DNA of 63,553 nt, the filler included, from Perkinsus olseni (Eukaryota): assembly GCA_013115125.1 (NCBI GenBank). It is 29 parts of 29 records of this genome, joined end to end, with 100 filler letters (N's around TTAATTAATTAA, not from the genome) between each part and the next. Parts side by side here need not be neighbours in the genome. Positions count along the whole stretch, not along the records: positions 22,251 to 24,361 come from JABANN010001646.1; positions 24,462 to 26,571 come from JABANN010001647.1; positions 26,672 to 28,775 come from JABANN010001648.1; positions 28,876 to 30,977 come from JABANN010001649.1; positions 31,078 to 33,176 come from JABANN010001650.1; positions 33,277 to 35,372 come from JABANN010001651.1; positions 35,473 to 37,564 come from JABANN010001652.1; positions 37,665 to 39,750 come from JABANN010001653.1; 21 more parts are not named here. One strand, given 5' to 3'. The position numbers and the translations under genes are program-made. Below the pieces are notes generated by a model, which was not told the origin of the DNA, did no database searches, and saw only the letters and a list, made by a program, of their open reading frames with translations. Below are positions 24,175 through 37,857 of the stretch, one piece after another (position 1 is the first letter of the stretch; every line of letters begins with the position of its first letter).

Positions 24175-24461
24175 AGTACTGTGCTACGATGTCAAGCAAG
24201 TGCTCACGTCCGATACTGTCTAAGATTAGAAGCTTCTACGTCTATGCAAGTCTACCGTCTGTTGGCCAACGTCTACCTCACTAATGACTACGATTATCCT
24301 GCGCGGTCAATTTCGTGGCGCGTGACGAATTTCGTGGCGCGTGACGCAAATTTGGCTGCGGNNNNNNNNNNNNNNNNNNNNNNNNNNNNNNNNNNNNNNN
24401 NNNNNTTAATTAATTAANNNNNNNNNNNNNNNNNNNNNNNNNNNNNNNNNNNNNNNNNNNN

Positions 24462-24529
<68 letters not shown>
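24462..24529. repeat. (AGT)n microsatellite at contig edge
   Basis: Pure trinucleotide run. Confidence 0.95.
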
Positions 24530-24629
24530 CAATATTGTATGGTATATTATAGAAATTAGTAACATAATGATTACTAGTGAATAATACAGAATCATCATCG
24601 TCATCACCATTATAATGGTATGGGTACAA

Positions 24630-26480
24630 GTAACGGCGCCATGATCATGATGGAGATGATGTCGTACTACTATTGCCAGTGATAACTTCACAAAACTTAT
24701 CAAAGGATATGCCTTCTTTATGGGGGTCAGATATTCCAGCCTGAATATAAGAAAAACAACAATATCAAGTAGAATATGGGATAGGAGATGGGGGGAAGAT
24801 GACAGTGAAATGAGGACATGTGTGGTATTAATATGATGATGATGATGATATTGTTATTATTACATCTTTAAATATACCAACTAGATCTTCATCCGTAACC
24901 GCACTACCATCGGCATTCGATGCCATACCCTCATGTTTTAGTACTTCTTTCAAACCTAATGATAATAATACTAATCACATAACTAACGGAAGCTGCTTCG
25001 ACTGCAAGAGAATGATGATCGTCGTTATGTTGTCGGTAGTGATTGGTATCATCATCATAATCATCAATAATGATGGGGATAGTATTCAATGTATTATCAT
25101 TAGCATGAGCTTCATGAGAATTATTACCTTCGAGAGTGATGAGCCCCTTATGGAAAACATCAAGTCGTTTAAAGACTTCTTGCAATTGGACAGTATCAAA
25201 CTTAATCCTATGCTCACTCATAGCAGCTATGAACTCATTATATCTGTAACAATAATAACGACAGTAATTAACATTATTTAAGAGTATGAGTATTATTTTT
25301 ATCACCCTATGGTTTCCTCTCCTGATCGTCCCAATGACGACATAATCTCTTCAACATCATTAGGATCAACAGGATATCCCAACTAATAACAATAGTCGCC
25401 ATTATTAATACATGATAGTAATGCTGCTTTTACTACTACTACTACTACCTGTTGCATTCCCTGTACTAACTCATTAGCATCAATAAAACCATCACCATCC
25501 CTATCAACCGCCATGAACTTCTTACGCATATCTTGTATTTGGAATTCCGTTAGCTCCTTCGCTAGTAACTATCATAATCACCATCATCATAACATCATCA
25601 TCCCATTCATAGCTTCCCGACGACGACGACGACGACGACGACGACCAAGACGACGGGAAGCACTTACCTGTAATACAGCCTGCTTAAGCTTATTATGAGA
25701 ATGATAATTCTTAAGGCCTTCAAATACAGATACAGTAAGTTGGGATTGATGACCGTGTAATTGGGGTTTTAGAGGGTCCAGGAACCATCTAAAGAAGAAG
25801 AAGAAGGTGAGAGGATGAGGTGGACTTATCATAATAATCGTTGTTGTTGTTGTTGTTGTTGTCGGTGATGTAGTGGATGATGAGTAGTACTTATGTTTCA
25901 ATGCTTCTGCTGCTGATAATCTCCCTTTAGGTGGTGGTAATCTAAATTGTTTATTCAATAATTTCTTACATAAATCCTTGGCATCAGCAGATAATCTATC
26001 CCATAAATGAGGAGGATATTCAACTTCTCCTAACAACAACAACAAGATGATAATAATAATAAGACGAATAACGAAGATAGCGGTAGTGATAGTAGTAGAA
26101 GCAGCAGACATGAGCATCATCATGATGATGATGATGATTATTACGTTTGAGTATCTTGGCCTTAACTGTCTGGTCGTCATCAACATTGGGTATATAAAAC
26201 GGATGTATACCAGTGAGTAACTCGTACTAAAGAAGGATAACAACAACATGAAGAAGAAGAAGATGTATTATGATTATTGGGCTGATGATAATCATTATTA
26301 TTACCAGTATGACGCCAATACTCCATACATCAGTTAATTCATTATAGTCTCCTTGTATCATCTCCGGGGACATAAAATGTGGTGTACCAGCTCTTTGCAT
26401 AACCAACCGTGTTGTATATTCTTTTACAACCTTTTTACCTTTTATACTCGGCATTATCTTTGCTAATGCACCGGATAAAC
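24630..26480 (-). CDS. Calcium-dependent protein kinase (CDPK), multi-exon, partial
   Basis: AGTPHFMSPEM, DVWSIGVIL, LSADAKDLCKKLL, RLSAAEALKH, junction domain (LKNYHSHNKLKQAVLQ), and EF-hands (DRDGDGFIDANEL, YNEFIAAM). Introns are microsatellite-rich. Confidence 0.9.
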
Positions 26481-26500
26481 CTCCTAAAAACCACCAAATG

Positions 26501-26571
<71 letters not shown>
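26501..26571. repeat. (AAC)n microsatellite at contig edge
   Basis: Pure trinucleotide run. Confidence 0.95.
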
Positions 26572-26671
26572 NNNNNNNNNNNNNNNNNNNNNNNNNNNNN
26601 NNNNNNNNNNNNNNNTTAATTAATTAANNNNNNNNNNNNNNNNNNNNNNNNNNNNNNNNNNNNNNNNNNNN

Positions 26672-28392
26672 CAGTACTCACATTTACCGGTAGTGGCCCA
26701 TTCACCAGTGATAGGGGATATACCATTACGAACGTCGGTTAAAGCAGCGCAATCATCAGGGCTATCAGCACAGTAGTCTTCATAGCTCTGGGATGTTGGT
26801 GATAACCCATCTCCATACGGTCGTGGTATGGGGTATCCACGACGGGCTAGGTTAATACCCCTATTGATAGCATCAACCACACCTTCCCGTACTAGTCTAC
26901 CAAATATATTCCACAACTTACGGGAATAATAAACAGAATTGAGATGAGGAGAACCAATCGCCATGTGGACATCTCGGTATGACACCTGATACCGTGCCGG
27001 TAATGTGTGGTCCATCTCACCGAGTTGAACGATAACTCCGCCAGGTTTAATAAGATGGCATCTAGTAAGACCAGTACCAACAGCACTGATGTAGATATTC
27101 ATATCGGAGAATAACCTAATCTGCTCCTCGAAAGTGTAGTCCTTCCAGTTCATGTAGGTCATATCACAACCAAAGAGATCTTTCGATTCATCAGCCAACG
27201 TCTTCAACATTGACCTCTCCTCATCTGAGAATCTTTTATTATCGGTAATAACGCCTCTACAACGTTTATTAATATCATCAATCATAATAGGAGTATTCGG
27301 ATCCAATGCAGTATCCCAATCAAGTATACCATAACCAGCTAATATCCGCTGTCCATACCAAAACAAAGCATTCTCATATGAGTAAGACCCCGGCATGCCC
27401 ATATGCCTCTGCTGGTCACGATGTCCCATCCATCGGCTGCCGACAATGAGCCTGTCAAAAAGGTATAGAGAATCTTCTTTCGTATCCGCCATAGGAGTGA
27501 CGGTCGAGTTGCTGACAGCATCCAATATCGATATATGGTTCCATCCAACCTGAGATATCTCCAGAGCATCATCAGCATAGACGAAAAACTTGACCGGAGT
27601 TGTCAAATACCCAAACCTCACAAGTGTAACCCACATAGGATAAATGCTGTCATACATCAGATGACCAACATTAAAGGGCCACAGAAGATAAAACATCGCC
27701 GAGACGTCATAAACATGAGTCAAGTTCTCGTGCTTACTCTTCGACCATTCACCAACCTTGCTTGGTGTATCCAAATAGATCACATCTGGCTTGAATGGAG
27801 TCCATTCCTTAGCATCACGAGAGCAGCCCCTGGTGAGTTCCCTTATAGCATCCTCAGTGACGGGTATACCAGTATCCTCATGATAGGTGATAGGGGAGTT
27901 GTGGTATTGTAATGCCTTACCATCATACGGTGCCCTCATTATATTACCTCTTAATAACGGATCTGATGGTAATAGGATATAAAATGTATCATTAGTTTTA
28001 TCATAGTATATATTATCAAATGCACATGATCTATTCCGATGCCAACCAACACATTGTATTCTCGACCATTCTACCACGTCACCACCAGGAGGGAATATAT
28101 ACTCGATGAATGATGGCCTACCACTCGTACTATCTGTTAGGTTACGTCTCATTGGAGTAGCAGGCATCAGCTTCATGAACTGAGGTTCAGGATCCTGCAT
28201 ACCCAGCCAGCTAATGTATGACACCAGACGTGTTAAATCGTACTCACTCTGTCGCAGCCACCATACCTGTGCCAGTATCAACCCTAATATGCAGGCAACG
28301 GGTACCAAACTTCGCCCAACTTTCGGAATAGCCATACAGCATCGACTAATAAGACCAGCTGATGGTGCTGAGGGACCTCTAATGGAGGACAT
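26672..28392 (-). CDS. Glycosyltransferase family 61-like type II membrane protein, 3'-truncated
   Basis: Intronless ORF of more than 570 aa with an N-terminal anchor (LVPVACILGLILAQVWWL). Motifs: SCAFDNIYY, NVGHLMYD and TFEEQIRLFSDMNIYISAVGTGLTRCHLIKPGGVIVQL, resembling the GT61 C-terminal motif. Confidence 0.72.
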
Positions 28393-29199
28393 ATGGAACG
28401 AACAACGCCCTCACCCCTGACACAGCCCTGACGGTTACCCACAGTAGCGGCTCTGCAAATTGGTTCAATAACCCTAATCTACACCTCGAGCCAGGAAGTC
28501 TTCTTCCTGGGTCTTGTACTCAAGTCCTTGGGAACCGCGCGGCAGGGCGAGCGAGATCTCCACTAGGATTTTGTACTTCGTGCCTCTGGGATTCTAATAC
28601 CTCTGGGTATATGTTGTAATAAGCTCGCAGAGCAGTCTAGGCTATTTCAGGATCTATGAAGGTCACGCTGTCCTGTCCCCCCGTCGATGTCGTCACGGAG
28701 GGGCTGTGTAGTATGCTCTCTCGAAGGGGCGGGGTTGGTGTAGTTGGGGATGGACTAGAACGCAAGTAGAGTTCTNNNNNNNNNNNNNNNNNNNNNNNNN
28801 NNNNNNNNNNNNNNNNNNNTTAATTAATTAANNNNNNNNNNNNNNNNNNNNNNNNNNNNNNNNNNNNNNNNNNNNAGAAGAAGAAGCTTTAATTCCCATT
28901 ATACTCAATCCTATGTCCATCCCAGGTGTTGTTGAGTCAACCAGTGCGAGTGTTACTACTAACAGCATCCCTTAACTCTTGACGTGCGTAGCGAGGAGAC
29001 GAGGCGCGCCCAGCGTTCCGTCGGAATTGGCCCCTTCACATGGTTTGTTTTCTCGAAGTTTGAGGTTGGCGGTTCTATAATGAAGGCAAATTCACAACGC
29101 AATGACCTGGTTAACGAAATGAAAAAGTCTCAAAAAGAAGTACACGCCACGGGGCGTCCAGAATGCGGTAGGAGAGAGAGTGAGCGATGTTCGCTTGAG

Positions 29200-29850
29200 T
29201 CATGCTGGCACTGAGCCCTTAGCGAGACTAGCCGCAACGTTCACTTCCGGGAGCTTTCCCTCGGTGTCCTGGATCTTCGCTTGAAAAGAGATATCGAACT
29301 TCCAACCTTCGTCCGTCTTGTTCATCGATACTGTCTGCGAGGACGTGACTCTCAGGGAGTGGTCCATAATCGTAACTGAGCCGTATATATAAAAGCCATA
29401 GCGGTTGAGAATCCCTGATATAAGGTAGTTTGGAGTGGTTATCTCCCGAGACGGCGATGGAGCGTCGGGATAAACGATGCGTAGTCGGCCAGGGAATTCA
29501 AAATTGGTAGCCACAATATCTTCTTCGCGGATCTCCCTACTGTTGTAGGAATATGCACCATCGGGAGCCATCAGCGGGTAGAAATAAATACCCTCATGAA
29601 CAAACTTGAAAGAAGCCGAACGTGCACTTTTTATTACGACCTCTCGGATGTCACTGTCGCTGATAGCAAGATTGAGCGCAGCAAATCCGTACTCCCCGGG
29701 CTGGACACGATCCAGGTTGCTCCGGAGATGAATCGTGATGTAATCACCGCTGTAGACCCGGTCGATGGGTCTTCGACCAGTATAGACGCAGGAACCCTCT
29801 AACAGTTCTTCAATGTTGGTTCCTTCAGCGGGACCGATACCAGGGTGTCA
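29200..29850 (-). CDS. Hypothetical protein, probably at least two exons
   Basis: 123-aa ORF preceded by another open stretch that joins in frame if a short GT..AAG intron near 29605-29636 is removed. No family recognised. Confidence 0.3.
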
Positions 29851-32800
29851 GAGCTAATCAATGATCAGCACTGTGTTATGGATGATCTTTCGTGGGCATC
29901 GGTTGTAGGACGGTGTTGACGTGATATAACTCTGTCTCCTTTTACACTTAATGTGTTCGCGTGCAACTAGCGTGCACGCGTGTTTTGCCCGGGCCGGGCA
30001 GTGGCCACTTTTTACTAGTCAACCTTATCGAAAGAGTCTATGGAGAGAGAGTCCTTGATTTTTCTGTGTTGTCTACGTGTAGACAACAAGCTCCGCGCGC
30101 CACCTCGCTCCAGCGAGGAACCTGAGTATGCGTGCAGCCGCTGTATTAGCTTAAGAAGGTCAGTTGAATAGTCAGATTATTAGATATTATCCTAGACCCG
30201 ACCTATACTTATTCAAGTTAGCCTTTTTCTTGAGACCTTAATGGCACTGAGTTCAGTCCAGGGCGGCTTACCCCCAACACAGGGAATGAGCAACCCTTGG
30301 GATATTGGGCGGTGACCGAGATAGGTGGCACTTGCACTTGACGCATAGCTTGACCCTCGTAGATGAAGAGCAAGAAGCAGCAACTTCCTAACCAATAACA
30401 GCAAAGGCTTCTAGAGCTCAGGCTGGTAGCTGGCATGGAAATATGGAATGAAGTAGAGTGGTATCAACTGCCAGGCTTAAAGGTAAACGTGATGGAGATG
30501 GGCCGCTTGTCCAAGCCATTCGGATCCACGCGAAGGCTGTTCATAAAATGGCAGGATGCTGTGAGCTCAACGTAGGGAAGAATCCCAATTCAATCATAAT
30601 ATGTACGGAAGAGGAATTCTGAATCACTAATTAATAGCATTACTCGAAGTTGCACGCAGGCACAGGGACGCATAGAAGTCAGACTGGCTCACAAATTGTT
30701 GGCTGCTTCGAGAGGGAGTCAGCGCCCTGCATTCGGATTGGATTGCATGCCTAAGGGGCCCTATACTAGAGTCCGTCGCAGCAGCCTGGGACTGCTGAGT
30801 GAACCGCAGTGTCTCCGCGATGCCGCTCAATACCGGCTGTATATGAGACAGAGGTCGCAGTGTGTCTACGTCAATGAGGGACAAGTTGGCCAAGGAATCG
30901 CACGTGGCGCGGAATTCGCGTTGGTCGTCAAGCTTCATTGCGTCAAGTTTGAAGGTGCACCGGAACTCACAGTGAGCNNNNNNNNNNNNNNNNNNNNNNN
31001 NNNNNNNNNNNNNNNNNNNNNTTAATTAATTAANNNNNNNNNNNNNNNNNNNNNNNNNNNNNNNNNNNNNNNNNNNNTGGGTAACAGCTAAGATAGCGTA
31101 CGCGGCACAAAAGGCCGGGTAAACACATTCGCAGGACGAACTTTGCGCATAATGGCGGTTCAGGTACGGCCACTCTGGTTTCTCTGTAGCACCGTGTAGA
31201 CAGGGTGGGTAGCAAGGAGGGCAGTAGAATGTATCGAAAGAGGTAAGGTTGGTGGACTCGAAACGAAACAATATTTTACTATAGGTGAGGGATTCGACGC
31301 CGTCAAAAGAGCCTGCTTCGACTCATCAATGTGCCGGGAAGGTTCAAAAGCCACTAAAAGTTACATTGACATGAACTGGAGAAGGTAACCATAATTGAAC
31401 TACATTACACTGCAATAATAAAGTAATACTCCTTGCAACTACGTAGCGAGAGTGTCAGATTTCGCGGCATCGGTCGGAACGCCTTCAATCACTTTCGCCA
31501 GCAGATTTACACGAGCTCCACTTCATCAGACCGACCACACCCTATCAACAACGACCAGCAACGAAGAACATACTGCGAATGTCAGACTTTCAGATACTTA
31601 GCATTCCAACTGCGGGAGCAACGACAGCAGCCAGACTGAGATCCTCAAGAACCGTAAGTTTCACGCTGTAAAAACAAGCGACCACATACAGTGTACCATA
31701 CTCGGTTTTCAGTTCCTGGATAACCACGTAGCGTTCAGAATTTGGCTCGCACAGCACTTCGTGTTTCCCAATCGGAAAGCTCTACTGAGCGGGATCAACG
31801 AAGCAGCCAAATGGCTGCTCGTCTTGAACATTCAGGAACCTCAGCCCTTCAATTTGATGCATCTAAACAATCATAAGGTAGTCTCAGTAAAATTAAAAGT
31901 ACGCCTAACCTTCAGATACGAGCGGTGCGTCAATCGATAAAGACCCCATTCCCGAATCCAGAAGTAACACTGCCAGTAAGAATGAGAAGACCACAACCGA
32001 GACGTCGCGCCTTAAAGGCCATCCCGCATGACTGTCACAGCTGGTTGTTCGCCTATCAAGAGAGAGAGCAGCTTACAAGGTGAACAGACACATACCAACG
32101 TGATTCCCCGCATCAGGTCCCGAACGAGAACCAGGAAAACGCACACGGGGTACTTCCAAGGGGACTACGGGGTACAGTTCCTTCTCTACGCACCACGCAA
32201 TCAACGAATAACTGCGGGAGCAAGGTTGCCAACCATCGAAGTGGCTGAGGCTAGGTGGGCTCAACAACATGGTGTACCTGCACATGGACCTCAACCGCCT
32301 CCTCAACCGCGTGCTCCGCCGCCGCCTCCTCCACAAGCTCCAAGAGATCTTCTCAATCTCTGGAGCATTCCAGGCAATGATACTTTTATTAGGTGTGCAC
32401 TCGAACACAAGAAGGAATACCAACGGCTATCATTCCCTAGACACTGGGGAGAAGGACATGGCCTCGCCGCTATTCTTTTGAAATGAGTGCGCCCGAGTAG
32501 CCTTCCACCGAGCGTGCTCAGGAGCATCCTCAATCGACCTTCTTAATTCATAAGGCGATTCGGGCAGACCCCGAGCCTGCTTTTGAACAATGGAAGGCAA
32601 CTCCCCAACTTTTGATGATGCCTGGGCCAACTGCTCCATTAAGAATTCCTGAAGGAACAGACACAGAGCAAGGCTGCTCATCAAACAGCGTTCACTTTCG
32701 ATTCTGCAGCCAACGTGAAGACTTCACAAGCGTCTTTACTCGCTAGGCTAGTACGGCTACCGTTCTATGAAGAAGGTTCATGGGGCCAAGAAGCGAGAGT

Positions 32801-33276
32801 TGAGGAACACTGGAGACGCATCCCCGTTAACTAAAACACGCTACCGAGACACCCATTAAGTATCACGCATCGGGCAATGGCTCAATTTTACGCACATTAG
32901 AAAGAATCAGGCGTAATACAGGTGCAACCTCACTGGATGCCCTACCCGGGAAGTCAGCACTCCGGACAGTCTCCGTTGGGTCAGCTCCGAAGGAGAGTAA
33001 GCACTGCACCTGAGCAACGGCTACGCTCCGCTACCACTGCCGATGCAGCTGATTCGGAACACGGGGCTGAGCTGGATTGCCCTGATCCACACACTTCCAG
33101 CATGTTGCAGTCGAATTCACACGCCCCCTGAGGAGGTTCTCTCCCTCGGAAGGCTCCTACACTACCATTCAATGGCNNNNNNNNNNNNNNNNNNNNNNNN
33201 NNNNNNNNNNNNNNNNNNNNTTAATTAATTAANNNNNNNNNNNNNNNNNNNNNNNNNNNNNNNNNNNNNNNNNNNN

Positions 33277-35372
33277 TATGAAAGATGTATTTTTCAATGA
33301 TGTTCAATTTCGTTTTCGTACTAAAAATTGTCTACTTCAAAAAAAGAGCCCGTCTTATTGTGAGAATTGTTTACGTTGGTCAACTGTAATGTATCCTTTA
33401 GAATTCAAATCTATAACAAGTAATCTTATAACCTTTCGGAAGTATGCCTTGTTAAGAAAGAAAAGAACGGTAAACGAAATACGAGAATATTGTTTATGTG
33501 AAGCATGTTTCGTGTACATGACTGGTGATGAACGACCGAGAAGTATCTGGAGTGTTGCTTGGCCTACCTTTTTTGCATATACTATTGTCAAGTTAGGCTT
33601 TGAAGAAATATGGTCCTGGATTCCTCTTGAATTGAGGATCGCCTGGCTACCGTCTTTACCTTATTTTCATGCGAATCTCAACCACGTAACGTTGCTTGAT
33701 CCACCTCCGTTTTTTGAGGATCTTACTTCGCGTCGTGTGTCTCTGCTAGGGGCAATCGAAAGAATGAAAGGATCTGAATTACGTGATGCTTTGAATGAGG
33801 AATGTGTAGCGCAAGTTCGGTGTTACTGTGGCGGACAGGAGTTTCTCGAAGATAGCGGTCTGTTATCTGTACAATATGCGCTAGTGCGGCATTATCCACA
33901 TATGCGCGAATCAGGAGTTTTATTGCCACGTACGAAAGCAGATAACGATTTCTTAGGAGCGGCTAGAATTGATTGGCTTCATTCGTGGGTTTTCTTGGAG
34001 GAATGGCGAGTCGGACCGAGTGTGATTGTTGATAATGATAAAGGCTTATGTTTGCTCGTGTGTAAAGATCATAGAAATGGTGGAGTACTAAAACATGTTA
34101 ACGTAGCTTATAACCCGATTCAGCTGAATAAGCCATGTTCAACGGCTGATCGTTTGGGAGGGTTGGTTCTATCGCCTCAAATAATTAAACCTCTAGTGAA
34201 GAAATTTAACGTTAATACGTATGAAGTTCTTCGCGTAACGGGATCATATAATGGAATGAGCTCTTCCATGTTGCATACTAAGCGACGATGGGATATTACG
34301 TCTGATAGATTAGCGGATGCGGAGAGGCTTCAAGTAGTTTGTAGGAGGGATGTAAGGCATCGTTTGAAGCAGTTATTATCATCAGGAGAAATTTCTAGAG
34401 AGATATATTCATCGTTTATGGAAAATGACCCTTCATCCGTCGTGGAGAAAAATAGATTGGATTTTTGTCAAAAATCTGCTACGTTGTTCGATATCGAGAA
34501 TTTGCTTGAATGTCGCAAAGCTTTATATGAGGGGCGTTGTAGGGGGAGGGATATGGTCCAGCGTGTCGTAGAAGACGCGCAAGGTGTGAGAAGAATTTCA
34601 TATAATTTTCCGTGGCCTTCTCGTTTGTTGAATAGCTCTCTCACTGGCTGTGCTCGACCATTGAGTATTGTCAAGAAAAATACACAAAACACTATTGATT
34701 TACGATATACATGGCTGCTTAGTACATTAACGAGTAACATACCATATATATGGTCTTTAATTTCCGATGCAGTGATGGCTTTCGAAACCGAAACCTGGCA
34801 AGGACATCTCTTGAGGTTTGTGTCCAACAAAGCTCTCAGATTAAATGTTACTACAATGGGAAAGGAGAATCCTTATTCTAAGATAATGATGCCACATCAA
34901 CTAGAGTCGATCATAAAGAGTAATCTACCTGAGAATCTGTCAATAGAAGAAAATGTGGCTATGTATCTTTCTAGTATGCATACTGTTCTCCGATATGTTA
35001 TTAGTTCAACTCAATTGAGGGACATCGAGAACTTAATTGCTCCAGATGGATCGTGTAAAATTATTTTAGTATTGCGCTCAGATAAGAATAGACGTAATAG
35101 GAATCGTATCGCCATGAAACTATTTCTCGGGGATCATCTATATAAATTACGTTACGCTGGTTTTACTCGTTCTGTCATACTTTCTGATAATACAATGAGT
35201 TATCATGCGGAATGTTGTATTATACCTTTGCAGTGTTCTCCTGAATTTCTTCATTATTCTTCTGCGACTGCGTATCCAACGACCGTATATACCGTACCTT
35301 CTGAAATTGTCGAACATTGGTCATTTTTGTGTTATGAAGTATCTCATCAACAAGATTTCTTGCAATATAGAG
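33277..35372 (+). CDS. Large intronless Cys-rich hypothetical protein, running off the contig end
   Basis: About 698 uninterrupted codons in visibly AT-rich DNA. Cys/His clusters: CENC, CLCEAC, CYCG, CKDH. Confidence 0.75.
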
Positions 35373-36963
35373 NNNNNNNNNNNNNNNNNNNNNNNNNNNN
35401 NNNNNNNNNNNNNNNNTTAATTAATTAANNNNNNNNNNNNNNNNNNNNNNNNNNNNNNNNNNNNNNNNNNNNTAACATGAGCCTTCCCATATTGACCAGG
35501 AGATCCCCTAGCGTCGCTGTATTCAATGGTCGAGTTTCTTCGTGTTAGTAATACAGGCGATGCAGAATGATTGTATTGGCGCTGCTCCTGTGTAGCTGTG
35601 CGTGTCCACTTTCAGCCACACGGGTCGTCGCAGCCCCGAGACGGGCGCCCGAGTGATGGCCTGGTTGGCTGCGGAGGTCGACTATGACCCGACCATGAGC
35701 GGCAAGCTGTACAGAGATAACCAGGAGTTCGACTGGCAGACCGGCAACCTCCTCTCTACTGGAGAGGTTTATTCGACTCCGGCCGGAGGCAACTTATGAA
35801 CCTTTGCACTTGTGAATTCTCGGTTCAACCAGTTTTTTACTTATCGAAGAGGATTGCCATTGATCATCTCCCGTGGATCTGCTGCTTTTCTCGATTTTGG
35901 CTCTTGTTTTTGAGGGTGGTGAAACGGTTTCTGTACGGTCCTTTCGTGTAGTTGCTGGCCGGAGCTCTTCACTGACATCCTTGAAACTCACTCGCGATAA
36001 GTTTCCTCTCCTTGGGTTCTGCGTCCTCGAGACGTACTCGAGATGTGGCAGATTCGGGTTCTTCACAAATATCGTGGGAACTCGACACCGTGAAATTCTG
36101 AACACTCTGATTGAGCCATCTGCTAGCTTTGACCCGGGCTAGGGTCCCAGAGTTGTGCTCCTCTACACTGCCGCGTCCTCAGCTTGTTTGCATTCACCTC
36201 GTCAATGGCCATGCCGAGTTTTCCATCCACGTTCGCCTCTTGGTGGCTGAACTTCACGACTCCGTTAATAGTGCTGATCTACCCGATTCGAATACACGGT
36301 CCGAGCTACTTCACGCACATAGTGGTGTGCGTCACGCTGTCCGTCGCCGCCGTCATCCTTGCCGCGTCGCCCTTCCTACCGATGCAACTTGTCATTGTGA
36401 TGGCCGTGGTGGCCGGTGATACTCCAAGCTCAGTCAGTTGCAACGACCGACTTGTACAGGTACTTCGACGGTATTCTTTCCCCTCATAGCGGTGATAGCG
36501 TCATCTGCCTGCGCTTCGGGTAAGGGAGCCACGCAGGATCGAGGGCTCCTACTGGGTGTCTCTCAGGCCTCATCACGTATGTCGTCTGGACGTCGGTCTC
36601 TCAGCAGTACACGTATTTTCACCTTGGTGTGGGCGTAGTTGCTCTCTTGACTGCCGCGGCAACTCTGGCGAGTCGTAGGCTGTTCGACAACTGGCAGATG
36701 GTAAGTCAAGAGGGTCCATCCGGGCCGGGGTGAGCGTCTCCCCAGCGAGTCAGTCTAGCGATAAAATACTTGTAAATTAACTTGAACACAAGGACCAGAT
36801 ATTGGAGAGGTTAATCTCAGTCAAGCATAGACAGTTCTATTTATGAACCACTAAATCCTAGCTGAAGACAGTGTCACACTGGACAGCCCCTGGGAATGCA
36901 GCCCTGAGGAGAGTTTCTTGACAACTGTCTTATTGCACTGCATGCCAACGCTACAGAAAGTCC

Positions 36964-37031
36964 CCAACTGAGCACATCGGCAAGAGTCTAACTAATCCAT
37001 TACTGGCGTTGGACTATAAACTCACACACAC
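36964..37031 (+). repeat. Dispersed repeat copy 1 (stem-loop plus (CA)n end)
   Basis: Near-identical to 48583-48655 on an unrelated contig. Confidence 0.85.
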
Positions 37032-37034
37032 TGG

Positions 37035-37222
37035 GTGGCGCACAGGACGGAAATACTCTTCTTTATGCAGTTGTATTGCCCCATCATAGGAGGCTACCTG
37101 ATTGCCTCTGCGGCCGGCTGTCAGTGGTGGGTCTGGGTAACCTCCGCAGGGGGCAGCTTGGTACTTCACCTGAGAAAAAAGTGGCTACTTAGGTTGGAAG
37201 AGGAGGAATGGGCCAAGAATGT
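37035..37222 (+). CDS. Exon of a hypothetical membrane protein
   Basis: Two hydrophobic segments. Further hydrophobic ORF pieces lie upstream at 36184-36700 on the same strand. Confidence 0.3.
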
Positions 37223-37664
37223 GAGATTTTCTGAGGCTACGCTTCGAGATGGGGCGCTTCGGACGGATCTTAGCTCGACCCGTGTTGTCCGCAGATGGAA
37301 GAGAGTGAGCGTTATTGGATTCGGGCAACGGCCGATATTGCAACGGCCCACTCGAGATCACCGCGACAGCAGACTCGCGTGGCGGGATACCGCGAACAGA
37401 AAACGGGTGGGGCGTCTCCAACGATCTCCACTAAAACGCTTCGCTCCGCTTCAGACCGGTCCAAAAGCGAGTTGCAGACTCCCCTGTTGCGTGAATATCG
37501 TGGAAGGGGTTGAGACCGGACTAAGCCAAGACGCTCGAGATCGACTGTGCATTGAACATTTCCCNNNNNNNNNNNNNNNNNNNNNNNNNNNNNNNNNNNN
37601 NNNNNNNNTTAATTAATTAANNNNNNNNNNNNNNNNNNNNNNNNNNNNNNNNNNNNNNNNNNNN

Positions 37665-37857
37665 TACTCTTCGAGTCAAGCATAGGACTACGGATGTTGT
37701 ACTTCACCCTGTCGTTCTCGAGGAACTCGAGCTCAGCACGGATAGACTCGGTTTTGAAGCCTCTCGGAGTATAGAGACCCAGGGGCTTCGCGACGTCGGC
37801 GATGACCACCCCAGAGAGAAGAAACAGCAAAGACGAAGCCGAAGTAAAGCTGACCAT
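37665..37857 (-). CDS. N-terminus of a putative secreted protein
   Basis: MVSFTSASSLLFLLSGVVIA signal-like peptide. The frame stays open to the contig edge. Confidence 0.55.

Noticed and set aside
24309-24347. Direct repeat AATTTCGTGGCGCGTGACG, two copies
   Set aside because: Only two copies at a contig edge, so it cannot be told apart from a simple local duplication.
24410-26571. Poly-Leu, poly-Thr and poly-Ile ORFs as membrane proteins
   Set aside because: They are translations of intronic trinucleotide microsatellites within the CDPK gene.
31078-33176. Pro-rich ORF at 32028-32486 and neighbouring short ORFs
   Set aside because: No recognisable motif or consistent exon structure.
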